DNA from: an uncultured delta proteobacterium | GTDB taxonomy: Bacteria > Myxococcota_A > UBA9160 > JAFDET01 | Length of the DNA stretch: 64,000 nt | NCBI GenBank assembly: GCA_947259215.1 | Contig: CAMYLJ010000008.1 | Location: 153,256-217,255 of the forward strand | Direction of reading: 5' to 3' | In this document: piece by piece, positions 48,225-57,139 of the stretch | Position numbering within the stretch: position 1 is the first letter of the stretch | How the letters are laid out: every line of letters begins with the position of its first letter | The notes under the pieces: model-generated | Told to the model about the DNA's origin: nothing | Seen by the model: only the letters and a program-made list of their open reading frames with translations | The model's database searches: none | Position numbers and translations under genes: made by a program

Positions 48225-49216
48225 AGCTCGAGCAGCTGCTTGCCGAAGTTTGCGCCGGTGTAGAGGCGCTGAAGGGTTTTCGGCGCGTTCTCGAAGCCCT
48301 TCTGGACGTCGACCTCCCACACGATGCTGCCTTCCTCGACCCACTTCCCCAGCTCGGCAGTGGCCTCTGCGTAGCGGTGGACGAAGTCCAACACCACGAA
48401 GCCTTCCATGCGGCCGCGCTGGGCCACGATGTTGTAGTAGTTGCGCGGCCCGGGGGGGGCCTCTTCCAGGTTGTAGCGGGAGATGGAGCCGCAGATCACG
48501 ATCCGGGCGCCGCGGGCGATCCGCGCCAGCGCCTCGTCCAGGACCTCGCCGCCCACGTTGTCGAAGAAGACGTCGATGCCGCCCGGGCACAGCTCGGAGA
48601 GCCGCGCGCCCACGTCCTCGTTCTTGTAGTCGATGGCCGCGTCGAAGTGCGCCTGCTTGGTGAGCCAGGCGCACTTCTCGGCGCCTCCCGCGACGCCGAC
48701 GACGCGGCAGCCCTTGCGCTTGGCGATCTGGCCGACGACGGAGCCCGTCGCCCCGGCGGCGCCGGACACCACCACGACGTCGCCTTCCTTCGGCTGGCCG
48801 ATGTCGAGCAGCCCGAAGTAGGCGGTGATCCCGGTGATCCCGAGGACCGAGAGGGCCGCGGTCGGATCCGTGCCCTCGGGCAGCTTGCGGGCGCCGCCGT
48901 CCACCAGGGCGAATTCCTGCCAGCCGGTCAAGCCGGTGACGAGGTCTCCCGGCGCGAGGCCCTCGAGCCTGGATTCGACGACCTCTCCGACGCTCATCCC
49001 GCGCATCACCTCGCCGATCGCCACCGGCGGGATGTAGTTCGGCCGGTCCTCCATCCAGCCGCGCATGGCGGGCTCGAAGGCGAGCCAGCGGGTGCGGACC
49101 AGCGCCTGGCCGTCTCCCGGCGTCGGGACGGGAGAGCTCTTCAGCTCGAAGTCGCTCTCCTTCAGCATGCCCACGGGGCGGGCGCGGAGCAGCCACTGCC
49201 GATTCTTCTCGCTCAT
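48221..49216 (-). CDS. NADP-dependent oxidoreductase (YncB/CurA-type medium-chain reductase), paralogue of 2594..3601
   Basis: 331 aa. Motifs: SGAAGATGSVVGQIAK, VAGGAEKC, FDNVGG. Confidence 0.85.
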   Translation of the reverse strand: MSEKNRQWLLRARPVGMLKESDFELKSSPVPTPGDGQALVRTRWLAFEPAMRGWMEDRPNYIPPVAIGEVMRGMSVGEVVESRLEGLAPGDLVTGLTGWQEFALVDGGARKLPEGTDPTAALSVLGITGITAYFGLLDIGQPKEGDVVVVSGAAGATGSVVGQIAKRKGCRVVGVAGGAEKCAWLTKQAHFDAAIDYKNEDVGARLSELCPGGIDVFFDNVGGEVLDEALARIARGARIVICGSISRYNLEEAPPGPRNYYNIVAQRGRMEGFVVLDFVHRYAEATAELGKWVEEGSIVWEVDVQKGFENAPKTLQRLYTGANFGKQLLEL

Positions 49217-49300
49217 GAGGGACTCCTTCTCAGCGTGCCGCCAGCGCGATGGCGCCTGGCTTCGATGTCGTTTCTGCGGCGTAGGCGAGCGTGGTTCGAC

Positions 49301-49939
49301 TCACGAGTCCTCCTCCTGCGGTGGTCCGAGGAACACGTGCTCCACGGCACGGGCGTGGGTCTCGACGACCGCCGGGTCGCCGACGTCGATTCCGGCGACC
49401 CGCCGGCACTCCTCCGCCTGATGGAACAGGACGCCGGCCGATCCGGCCAGGATGTAGACGAAGTGGACGGGGGCGATGTCGCTCGGGAGGATGCCCGCCG
49501 CCTGGGCGCGCTCGATCAGCGGGAGCAGCGCCGCGTACAGCGGCTTCACGTGGCGATCCACCAGCCAGCGCATGCGGGGTCCGCGCCGCTTGCCCTCCTC
49601 CTGCATCAGCCGCACGAACTCCGGGTTGCGGGCCACGAACCCGACGTGGGCGCGGATCAGCAGGCGCAGGCGCCCGCGCTCGTCGCTTGCGCGCGCCTCC
49701 GCGAGCACGCCGTCGAGCCCGCTGCGCAGCTCGACGAAGGCCCGGTCGACGGCGGCCCGCCAGAGCTTCGGCTTGCCGCCGAAGTGGTAACCGAGCAGGC
49801 CGAGGGGCACGCCGGCACGAGCGGCGATCTCGCGGGTGGTGGCGCCGTTGAACCCGCTGTCGGAGAAGGCCTCGAGGGCGGCGCGCAGGATGCGTTCTCG
49901 CGCATCCGTGCCGGCTTCGACCGTGGCCGCTTTCGCCAT
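49301..49939 (-). CDS. TetR/AcrR-family transcriptional regulator
   Basis: 212 aa from ATG 49939. HTH: RERILRAALEAFSDSGFNGATTREIAARAGVPLGLLGYHF. Confidence 0.85.
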   Translation of the reverse strand: MAKAATVEAGTDARERILRAALEAFSDSGFNGATTREIAARAGVPLGLLGYHFGGKPKLWRAAVDRAFVELRSGLDGVLAEARASDERGRLRLLIRAHVGFVARNPEFVRLMQEEGKRRGPRMRWLVDRHVKPLYAALLPLIERAQAAGILPSDIAPVHFVYILAGSAGVLFHQAEECRRVAGIDVGDPAVVETHARAVEHVFLGPPQEEDS

Positions 49940-49981
49940 CGGGGGGTCGCTCCTGCCACGGGCGAGACCGTGTTGTTCACC

Positions 49982-50012
49982 TGACCAATCGGACTGTACA
50001 GATGACCAACGG
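49982..50012. promoter_or_regulatory. candidate TetR operator: direct repeat TGACCAA(t/c)(c)GG x2 flanking the 8-bp palindrome CTGTACAG
   Basis: Read directly in the 183-bp divergent region between the TetR gene (49939, -) and the GFA gene (50123, +). Confidence 0.25.
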
Positions 50013-50122
50013 CCGCTGCAACCCCCAGGGCCGGGCGGGACCCCCCCGCTCGCGGGAAGCCCGGAAAGCGCGGGTGACAGGCGCCCGGGGCTCGCGCACA
50101 CTGGTCGTCAGGAGGGCCCCCC

Positions 50123-50530
50123 ATGGCGATCGAAGGCGGATGCTACTGCGGTGCGTTGCGGTACGAGGCGGGCGGCGACCCGCTCTTCAAGGGCCAGTGC
50201 CACTGTCGGGAGTGCCAGTACGCCTCGGGCGGGCACCCGAACGTGGTCCAGGGCATGCCGGAGGCGAGCTTCGCCTACACCCAGGGCTCGCCCAAGCAGT
50301 TCCGCCGCAGCGACCTCGACAACCCGGTGACGCGCGAGTTCTGTCCGGAGTGCGGCACCCAGATCCTGAGCCGGGCCCCGACCGTGCCGGGCGCCGTCCT
50401 GATCAAGGTGGGCACCTTCGACGATCCGAGCCTCTTCGGCGGGCCGCAGATGGCGATCTACACCTGTGACAAGCAGCCCTTCCATCACGTGCCCGACGGG
50501 GTGGCGACCTTCGAACGCACGCCGGGCTGA
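50123..50530 (+). CDS. GFA-family (glutathione-dependent formaldehyde-activating / CENP-V-like) Zn-Cys protein
   Basis: 135 aa. Cys pattern: GGCYCGALRY, CHCRECQ, FCPECGT. Confidence 0.8.
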   Translation: MAIEGGCYCGALRYEAGGDPLFKGQCHCRECQYASGGHPNVVQGMPEASFAYTQGSPKQFRRSDLDNPVTREFCPECGTQILSRAPTVPGAVLIKVGTFDDPSLFGGPQMAIYTCDKQPFHHVPDGVATFERTPG

Positions 50531-50678
50531 GCCGGGCGGCTGCCGGCTGCGACCGCGCTCAGGGGCGTAGCTCGAGGATCGCCAGCCGGGCCTGGCGGCC
50601 GCTGGCGTCGTCGGCATCACCCAGGTCGCCCGGACGGGGCGATCGCCGCCGCCCTGCGATAGCCTCCGGGGTTCCGCC

Positions 50679-53522
50679 GTGCCGGCCGTCCTTCCCATCA
50701 TCGCCGTTCTCTCGGGCTGTGCCGCGCTCGTCTTCGAGACGCTGTGGTTCCGGGTGGCCGGCATCGCGTTCGGCAACGGCATCTGGGCCAGCAGCCTCGT
50801 GCTGGCCTCGTTCATGGCGGGGCTGGCCGCCGGCAACGCGCTGGCCGCTCGCGCTGCGGACCGGCTGCGGCGTCCGCTGCGTTTCTACGCCTGGATCGAG
50901 GTCGCGATCGCGGTCACTGCCGCCGGCCTGGTGGTGTTGATGCCGCTGCTGACCCCGCTGCTCGCCGATCTGTTCGCGGTCCTGCGCGATCGCCCCTGGC
51001 TCCTGAACGGGGTCCGACTGCCCCTCGCGTTCGCGCTCATGATGCTGCCCGCGACCGCCATGGGGGCGACCTTGCCAGTGCTCGTGCGCGCGGCCTCCGC
51101 CGCCGACGTGCGGTTCGGGCGGGTGCTGGGAAGGATCTACGGCTGGAACACGCTCGGCGCCGTCGCGGGAGCCCTGCTGGGCGAGGTGATCCTGTTCGAA
51201 CGCCTGGGCCTGCGCGGCTCCGGCTTTGCGGCGGCGGGGCTGAACGGGCTCGCGGCGCTGGTGGCGCTTGCGGTCTCCCGCGAGGTCGAGGCGGGCAGGC
51301 ACGCCGGAGATCCCACCCCGCAAGCGCGTCTCACGCGGACCGCGCTGCGCCTGCTGATGGGGGCATTCGTCTCGGGCGCCGTCTTCCTCGCCCTCGAGGT
51401 CGTGTGGTTCCGCTTCCTGTCGCTCTTCGTCTACGGCACCAGTCTGGTGTTCGCGATGATGCTGGCGGTGGTGCTGGTGGGCATCGCGCTCGGTGGCCTC
51501 GCGGCGTCGCGTTGGCTCGGCTCACCCGGCCGCGCCGCGCCGCTCCTGCCGGCGCTGGCGCTGGCCTCCGCCGTGGCGACGTTGGGAACCTACGCCCTGT
51601 TCGAGGGTCTGTTCGCGTTGATGCTCGAGCCGAATGTCGGTGCCGCCGCCAACGGACCCCTCGACCTCGCGTTTCTCGCCGTCCCGCTGATGGGGCCCGT
51701 GGCCTTCCTCTCCGGGGTGCTCTTCACCGCCCTGGGCGACGCCGCCCGGGACGAGCTCGCCGGAGCGGCGCGCACCACGGGTTACCTCACGCTGGCGAAT
51801 ACCCTGGGTGCCGCGCTCGGATCGCTCGCGGCCGGCTTCGTGCTGCTGCCGACCCTGGGCGTCGAGCACGGCCTGCTGCTCGGCGCCGGCGCCTACGTGG
51901 CCCTGGCGCTGGTGGTGTGGCTGCCCGTGCCCGCGGAGCGGATCCGGCCGCGGCGTACGGCTGCGATCGCCCTGTCCGCGGCCTGCCTTGCCGGCGTCGT
52001 GATCTTCCCGAGCGGCGTGCTGCGAGAGCGGTACCTGATCCATCCGACCCGGGCGTTCCAGGAAGAAGGCTCCCGCGTGGTGGCGGCCTGGGAGGGACGC
52101 CTCCAGACCCTGGTCTACGTCCGCACCGACCGCTTCGAGCGACCGCTCTACACGCGGCTCTTCACCGACGGCTTCAGCATGGCGAGCAACAACTACTACG
52201 GCCGCCGCTACATGAAGGCGTTCGCCTACCTCCCTATCGCGCTGCATCCCGAGCCGCGCCGCGCGCTGCTGATCAGCTACGGCGTCGGCTCGACGGCAAG
52301 CGCTCTCACCGCCAGCCCGGAGCTGGAGCGCATCGACGTGGTGGACATCTCCCCGGACGTGCTCGAGGGGAGCCGCATCGTGTACCCGGATCCCAGCGAG
52401 GATCCGCTGCGCGATCCGCGCGTCCGTGTCCACGTCGAGGACGGGCGCTTCTTCCTCCAGACCAGCCGCGAGCGCTTCGACGTCATCACCGCCGAGCCGC
52501 CGCCGCCCAAGTACGTGGGCGTCGTGAATCTGTACACCCGGGAGTACTTCCAGCTGATCTACGACCGCCTGGCCGACGGTGGGATGACCAGCTACTGGCT
52601 GCCGGTTCACGACCTGAACGAGTCCGACACGCGGTCGATCCTGCGCGCCTTCTGCGACGTCTTTCCCGACTGCACGTTGTGGAGCGGGGCGGGCTTCGAT
52701 TGGATCATGGCGGGCACCCGGGGTACGCGGCGGGCCGTCTCGGACGCGCACTTCACGCGCCTGTGGGACGATCCAGACAGCGCCCGCGAGCTCGAGACGC
52801 TGGGTTTCGAGACGCCGGCGCTCTTCGGAGCCACCTTCATGGCCGGACCGGAGCGCCTGGAGCCGCTGCTGACGGGCGCGTTGCCGCTCGTGGACGACTT
52901 CCCACAGCGGTTGTCCAGCGCTCCCGCTCGCCCGCCGCAGGGGCAGCGATCTCCGTTCTTCACCGCGATGCTCGATGCGGTGGCGGCCCGCGAAGCATTC
53001 CTTCGCAGCGCCTGGATCGAGACGTACTGGCCGGCGGGGCTGCGCGAACCCACGCTCGCGGCCTACCGCTGGCAGCGGGTCGCGAACGACCGGCTGCTCG
53101 TCGGCGCCAGCGCCCTCACCAGCGAAGACGTGTACGCGGTCCTCACGCAGACGTCCTACCGAACGCTTCCGTTGTGGATGCTCGGGAGCCACGTGGAGGA
53201 GCAGCGCTTCGCCCGCGCCCTGTCGCCGGCGCGGGCGGGCGGGCGGGCTGCGCAGCGGGTGCTGGGCATCGGCGCGCTGGCCGATCGCGACTACGCCGCT
53301 GCCGTGACGCACTTCCGGCGCGCGAGGGGCCGGGCCGTGCGCGCGCCGCGTCTGATGCAGCTCGAGATCTTCGCGCTGTGCATGGACGGCCGCGCCGCCG
53401 AAGCCGCGCCCCTGGCCCGCCAGCTCGTGCGCGGCCACCGCGGGGTGGCGGCCGACGACGCCACCTGGCGCTGGCTGGAAGCCACCTTCGGGCTTCCCGA
53501 TCCCCGGACCGCCGGTCGCTGA
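50679..53522 (+). CDS. fused polytopic membrane domain / spermidine-synthase-like (class I MTase fold) protein with a helical-repeat C-terminus
   Basis: 947 aa (GTG start). About 12 TM helices, then LLISYGVGSTA, IDVVDISPDV, VEDGRFFL, FDVITAEPPPP (aminopropyltransferase-like layout with the DSxD box changed). C-terminal A/R/L-rich repeats. Confidence 0.75.
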   Translation: MPAVLPIIAVLSGCAALVFETLWFRVAGIAFGNGIWASSLVLASFMAGLAAGNALAARAADRLRRPLRFYAWIEVAIAVTAAGLVVLMPLLTPLLADLFAVLRDRPWLLNGVRLPLAFALMMLPATAMGATLPVLVRAASAADVRFGRVLGRIYGWNTLGAVAGALLGEVILFERLGLRGSGFAAAGLNGLAALVALAVSREVEAGRHAGDPTPQARLTRTALRLLMGAFVSGAVFLALEVVWFRFLSLFVYGTSLVFAMMLAVVLVGIALGGLAASRWLGSPGRAAPLLPALALASAVATLGTYALFEGLFALMLEPNVGAAANGPLDLAFLAVPLMGPVAFLSGVLFTALGDAARDELAGAARTTGYLTLANTLGAALGSLAAGFVLLPTLGVEHGLLLGAGAYVALALVVWLPVPAERIRPRRTAAIALSAACLAGVVIFPSGVLRERYLIHPTRAFQEEGSRVVAAWEGRLQTLVYVRTDRFERPLYTRLFTDGFSMASNNYYGRRYMKAFAYLPIALHPEPRRALLISYGVGSTASALTASPELERIDVVDISPDVLEGSRIVYPDPSEDPLRDPRVRVHVEDGRFFLQTSRERFDVITAEPPPPKYVGVVNLYTREYFQLIYDRLADGGMTSYWLPVHDLNESDTRSILRAFCDVFPDCTLWSGAGFDWIMAGTRGTRRAVSDAHFTRLWDDPDSARELETLGFETPALFGATFMAGPERLEPLLTGALPLVDDFPQRLSSAPARPPQGQRSPFFTAMLDAVAAREAFLRSAWIETYWPAGLREPTLAAYRWQRVANDRLLVGASALTSEDVYAVLTQTSYRTLPLWMLGSHVEEQRFARALSPARAGGRAAQRVLGIGALADRDYAAAVTHFRRARGRAVRAPRLMQLEIFALCMDGRAAEAAPLARQLVRGHRGVAADDATWRWLEATFGLPDPRTAGR

Positions 53523-53547
53523 CCGGACGCGAGGAGCGCGCCCGTGA

Positions 53548-54981
53548 CTACTTCGTCTCGGGCGCCTCGGCGTCGGCCTCATCGTCTTCAGCCTGTGGTT
53601 GGCGATCGTCGGGCAGTGCGTAGCCAAGCGCCCGCAGCTGACCCAGCTCCATCTCGCTGAGCGTCACCTCGTCGGGCGGCCCCCACTCGGGGAGGGGCCT
53701 GGTGAGGAACCCCTCGAGGACGGCTTCGAGACGCGCCACTTCATCCGGGTTCTGCTCGGCGAGGTCGTTCTGCTCGCCCGGGTCGGCTCCCACGTCGTAG
53801 AGCTCGACGTCGCCCTCCTCGGCGAGCGCGGTCGCGTTTTGGTCGAGGCTGCGCATGATTCGATACCCATCCTGGCTGACCGAAGCCAGCGGACGCGGAA
53901 TGGCGCCGCGTCGCCCCCAGGTCCGATCCAGGTAGGTGAACCGGGGCCGCCGCGCGTCGGGGGCGGTGCGGTCCTCCGTTCCCTGGGCCGCCGCCTCGAT
54001 CAGGGGCACGAGCGAGCGACCCTCGGCGTGGGGCATCGGGTCCAGCCCCAACAGGTCGAAGACGGTGGGCCAGATGTCCACGTTCTCCACCGGCGTCTCG
54101 ACCACGATCCCCTTGTCCAGTCGGAAGGGCAGGGCCATCACCAGCGGGACCTCCGTCGTCTCGGCGTAGAGATCAAGGGCGTGGCCCTCGGCGCCATGCT
54201 CGTAGAAGGCCTCGCCGTGGTCGGAGGCGATCACCAGCAAGGTGCGCTCCATCAGCTCCAGCTCCTGGAGCGTCGCCACGAGGGTCCCGACGTTGGCGTC
54301 GACCCAGCGGATCGAGTTGTCGTAGATGTCCGAGTAGCTGGTGCCAAAGTTCGCGCTGTCGTCGTAGACGTACTGGTGAACGTCCATGTAGTGGAGGTAG
54401 AGCAAGAAGCGCTCGTCTCCGGCGGAGCGCAGGAACTCGCGTGCGGGAAGGGTCACGTCGTGGTCGGTTCCGGGGAGCTTGGATGCCGAGGGGTTGTTCT
54501 GGGCCATGTTCGCCGGGCGGCCCAGGGACTTGGGGCGCACGTAGATGTCGAAGCCCTGGGAGAAGCCGAAGTTGGGGGCCACCCAGCCGTTGCGCCAGAT
54601 CCCCACGGTGCGGAACCCGGCCTGCTGCAGCACCTCCGCGGGGCTCTGCATGGCCTCGGGGATTCCGTCGGGGTAGCGCGTGATCCGATTGGTGGCGGGA
54701 TAGGTGGAGGACCACAGCGAGGCCATGGAGCACTTGGTCCACGTCGACTGGGCAAGGGTCGTGGCGAAGCGCACGCCGGAGTCGGCGAGGCCCTCGATGA
54801 CGGGGCTCGTCGGGCGCTCGTAGCCGTATGCGGACAGCCGGTCCGCACGCAGCGTGTCGATCAGGATGAAGACGACGTTGAGGTCGTCCCGGCTTGCCAG
54901 GCCCCGGATGTCCTCCCAGGAGCCTCCCGAACGGTTCGGGGTCCGGATCTCGATGACTCGCGACAGGCCGGCGACGATCAA
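53548..54981 (-). CDS. sulfatase-like hydrolase/transferase (alkaline-phosphatase superfamily), Thr-type nucleophile
   Basis: VVFILIDTLRADRL metal site. T-K-C-S-M-A-S-L-W-S-S where formylglycine sulfatases have C-x-P-x-R. SDHGE. 54981 is the first canonical start (TTG), but it lies inside the membrane anchor. An in-frame ATC at 55035 with GGAGG 8 nt upstream would give MPRRLFSPRLLLAALSIGLIVAGL. Confidence 0.8.
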   Translation of the reverse strand: MIVAGLSRVIEIRTPNRSGGSWEDIRGLASRDDLNVVFILIDTLRADRLSAYGYERPTSPVIEGLADSGVRFATTLAQSTWTKCSMASLWSSTYPATNRITRYPDGIPEAMQSPAEVLQQAGFRTVGIWRNGWVAPNFGFSQGFDIYVRPKSLGRPANMAQNNPSASKLPGTDHDVTLPAREFLRSAGDERFLLYLHYMDVHQYVYDDSANFGTSYSDIYDNSIRWVDANVGTLVATLQELELMERTLLVIASDHGEAFYEHGAEGHALDLYAETTEVPLVMALPFRLDKGIVVETPVENVDIWPTVFDLLGLDPMPHAEGRSLVPLIEAAAQGTEDRTAPDARRPRFTYLDRTWGRRGAIPRPLASVSQDGYRIMRSLDQNATALAEEGDVELYDVGADPGEQNDLAEQNPDEVARLEAVLEGFLTRPLPEWGPPDEVTLSEMELGQLRALGYALPDDRQPQAEDDEADAEAPETK

Positions 54982-55211
54982 CCCGATCGAGAGCGCCGCC
55001 AGCAGCAGGCGGGGCGAGAAGAGTCTGCGAGGGATGGAAGCTACCTCCGAGCGGCATGATCCGAGGTCGCCCGGCGTTCGCCGAGCCCCTGACTATATCG
55101 TCGGACCGGGAGGGCTGCATCCGCGGGCGGTGCCTGCCCGCCGAGGATCCCCGAACCGAAAGCGGGCCCCAGCAGGGGGCCGCTCGGTTCGGCTCCGGCT
55201 CCGGTGCGAGG

Positions 55212-55472
55212 CTACTGCCTGCGGCGACCCGCCAGCCAGAGCCCCAACGTGCCCGCTCCGAAGAGCAGCAGGGTGGAGGGCTCGGGCACCAGGAACGGCG
55301 GAAGTCCCCCGGCGTCGCTGAAGCGGATCGTGAGACTCGCGAACACCGGGAGATTGTTGCCCAGGGCGTTGACGAACGTAGGCGTCACCAGCGTGAGCTG
55401 GCTCAGCGTCGGGTTGATCGTGCCCGTGGTCGGGACGCTGCTCAAGCGGGCTCGTACGGGCAAAGGTGTCAT
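55212..55472 (-). CDS. small protein ending in a PEP-CTERM sorting signal (no recognisable N-terminal signal peptide; possibly a remnant)
   Basis: C-terminus FLVPEPSTLLLFGAGTLGLWLAGRRRQ has the VPEP motif, then a TM helix, then a basic tail. ATG 55472 gives 86 aa. The remainder of the 704-aa ORF is antisense shadow of lnt. Confidence 0.45.
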   Translation of the reverse strand: MTPLPVRARLSSVPTTGTINPTLSQLTLVTPTFVNALGNNLPVFASLTIRFSDAGGLPPFLVPEPSTLLLFGAGTLGLWLAGRRRQ

Positions 55473-55619
55473 CCCCCTCGGGAATCTTCCTGACAGGCAG
55501 CCCTGGCGATTGCCTGATTTTCCCGCGGGGAGGAAATCTCGGGGATTACCCGGGCTGCACCGGCGGGTGAGACCCGGGCGCGAGCGCGCGATCATCCCCG
55601 GCATGGCGGGCGACATCCG

Positions 55620-57095
55620 GTGAACCTCCTGCTCACCGCCGCGTCGGTCCTGCTGACGGTCCTGGCCTATCCGCCCTTCGGGATCTGGCCGGCCGGCCTG
55701 TTGATGCTCGCGCCCCTCGTGGTCGCGATCGAGCGGTCGAGCCCGCGCCGGGCCTGCCTGCTCGCCTACGCCTACTACGCCGGGATGGGGCTGGGGATCG
55801 TGCGCTGGCTCGTCCACGCCATGGCGGTGGAGTACGGGACGCCGCTCCTCGGGGCCTGGGGCGTGACGCTCCTGGTCGTGGCTTCCTACTCCCTGGTGCC
55901 GGCCGCCGCCTGCCTCGGCTACCGCTGGCTGCGGGTGGGCTTCCCGGCGGCCTGGGCCGCGCCGCTGTTCGCGGCCTGCTGGACACTCGCCGAATGGATT
56001 CGCGGCAGCCCGGGCGGACTGCCCTGGGTGCTGGCGGGTCACGCGCTCGCACCGGTCCCCGTGGCGTTGCAGACCGCCGACCTCGGCGGGGTCTACGCCG
56101 TGGGCTTCCTGGTGAGCCTGACCGGGGCCGGCCTGGGAATCGCGTTCGTGCAGCGGAGGCCCCAGCCCTTGCTCGCGCCGGGGGTGATGCTCCTGGCCGC
56201 GCTCGGCTACGGCGCGATCCGCCTCGACCGTCTCCCCAGCGTTCCGCCGCAGCTGCGGGTGGGAATCGTGCAGGCGTCGGTGCCCCAGGGCGATCGCTTC
56301 CGCGGGGCGGCGGAGCGCAACGCCCGGCTTCACGCGGAGCTCACGCGCCGGCTCGTCGCGCAGGAGCGGCTCGACCTGGTGGTGTGGTCCGAGACGGCGA
56401 TCGACACAGACCTCGACGCGGCGCCCGCGCTGCGCGCGGCGCTCGCCGACCTCGTGACGGAGACCGGTACTCCGTTGGTGAGCGGAGCGCCCCGCTCGCG
56501 CGACGCTCGCCGCACCAACTCCGTGGTCCTCTTTGCGCCGGGGGCCGGGCTGGTCGGCAGCTACGACAAGCAGCGTCTCGTGCCCTTCTCCGAGTACGAC
56601 CCACCGCTGCTGTCCTGGCTGGCGCCGCTCCTGGGTCCGGTCGCCGAGGGCGAGCCGTACGTTCCCGGCAGCCGGGCGAGCGTCCTCGAGGGGCTTCCGC
56701 TGCGGATCGCGACGCCGATCTGCTTCGAGATCACGTACCCGGGCGCGATGCGCGAATTCCGCGCGGCGGGGGCGGAGCTGCTGGTCAACGTCTCGAACGA
56801 CGCCTGGTTCGGTCGCACCGGCTATGCGGAGCTGCACTTCCTGCAGGCGGTCTTCCGCGCCGTGGAGCTGCGCGTCTGGGTGGTGCGGGCGGCCAACACC
56901 GGCGTCTCCGGCGTGGTCGACCCGGCGGGCCGCGTGCTCGAAACCCTGCCCGCGTTCGCCCGCGGCACCCTCGTCGCCGAGGTCGGCGCCCCGGAGCGGC
57001 CGGGTCTCTACGCGCGGGCGGGCGACGTGCCGTTCGTGGCCCTGCTGGTGGCGTCGGTCCTGCTCGCGCTCGTGCTCCGCGTGGCGAGGCGGTGA
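55620..57095 (+). CDS. lnt: apolipoprotein N-acyltransferase
   Basis: 491 aa (GTG start). Multi-TM N-terminus plus a nitrilase-like domain with E (VVWSETA), K (YDKQRLVPFSEY) and C (TPICFEI). Confidence 0.85.
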   Translation: MNLLLTAASVLLTVLAYPPFGIWPAGLLMLAPLVVAIERSSPRRACLLAYAYYAGMGLGIVRWLVHAMAVEYGTPLLGAWGVTLLVVASYSLVPAAACLGYRWLRVGFPAAWAAPLFAACWTLAEWIRGSPGGLPWVLAGHALAPVPVALQTADLGGVYAVGFLVSLTGAGLGIAFVQRRPQPLLAPGVMLLAALGYGAIRLDRLPSVPPQLRVGIVQASVPQGDRFRGAAERNARLHAELTRRLVAQERLDLVVWSETAIDTDLDAAPALRAALADLVTETGTPLVSGAPRSRDARRTNSVVLFAPGAGLVGSYDKQRLVPFSEYDPPLLSWLAPLLGPVAEGEPYVPGSRASVLEGLPLRIATPICFEITYPGAMREFRAAGAELLVNVSNDAWFGRTGYAELHFLQAVFRAVELRVWVVRAANTGVSGVVDPAGRVLETLPAFARGTLVAEVGAPERPGLYARAGDVPFVALLVASVLLALVLRVARR

Positions 57096-57139
57096 GTGGC
57101 CGGCTCGCCCACCCGGTCCGACCCGGTAGTATTCCCGCC

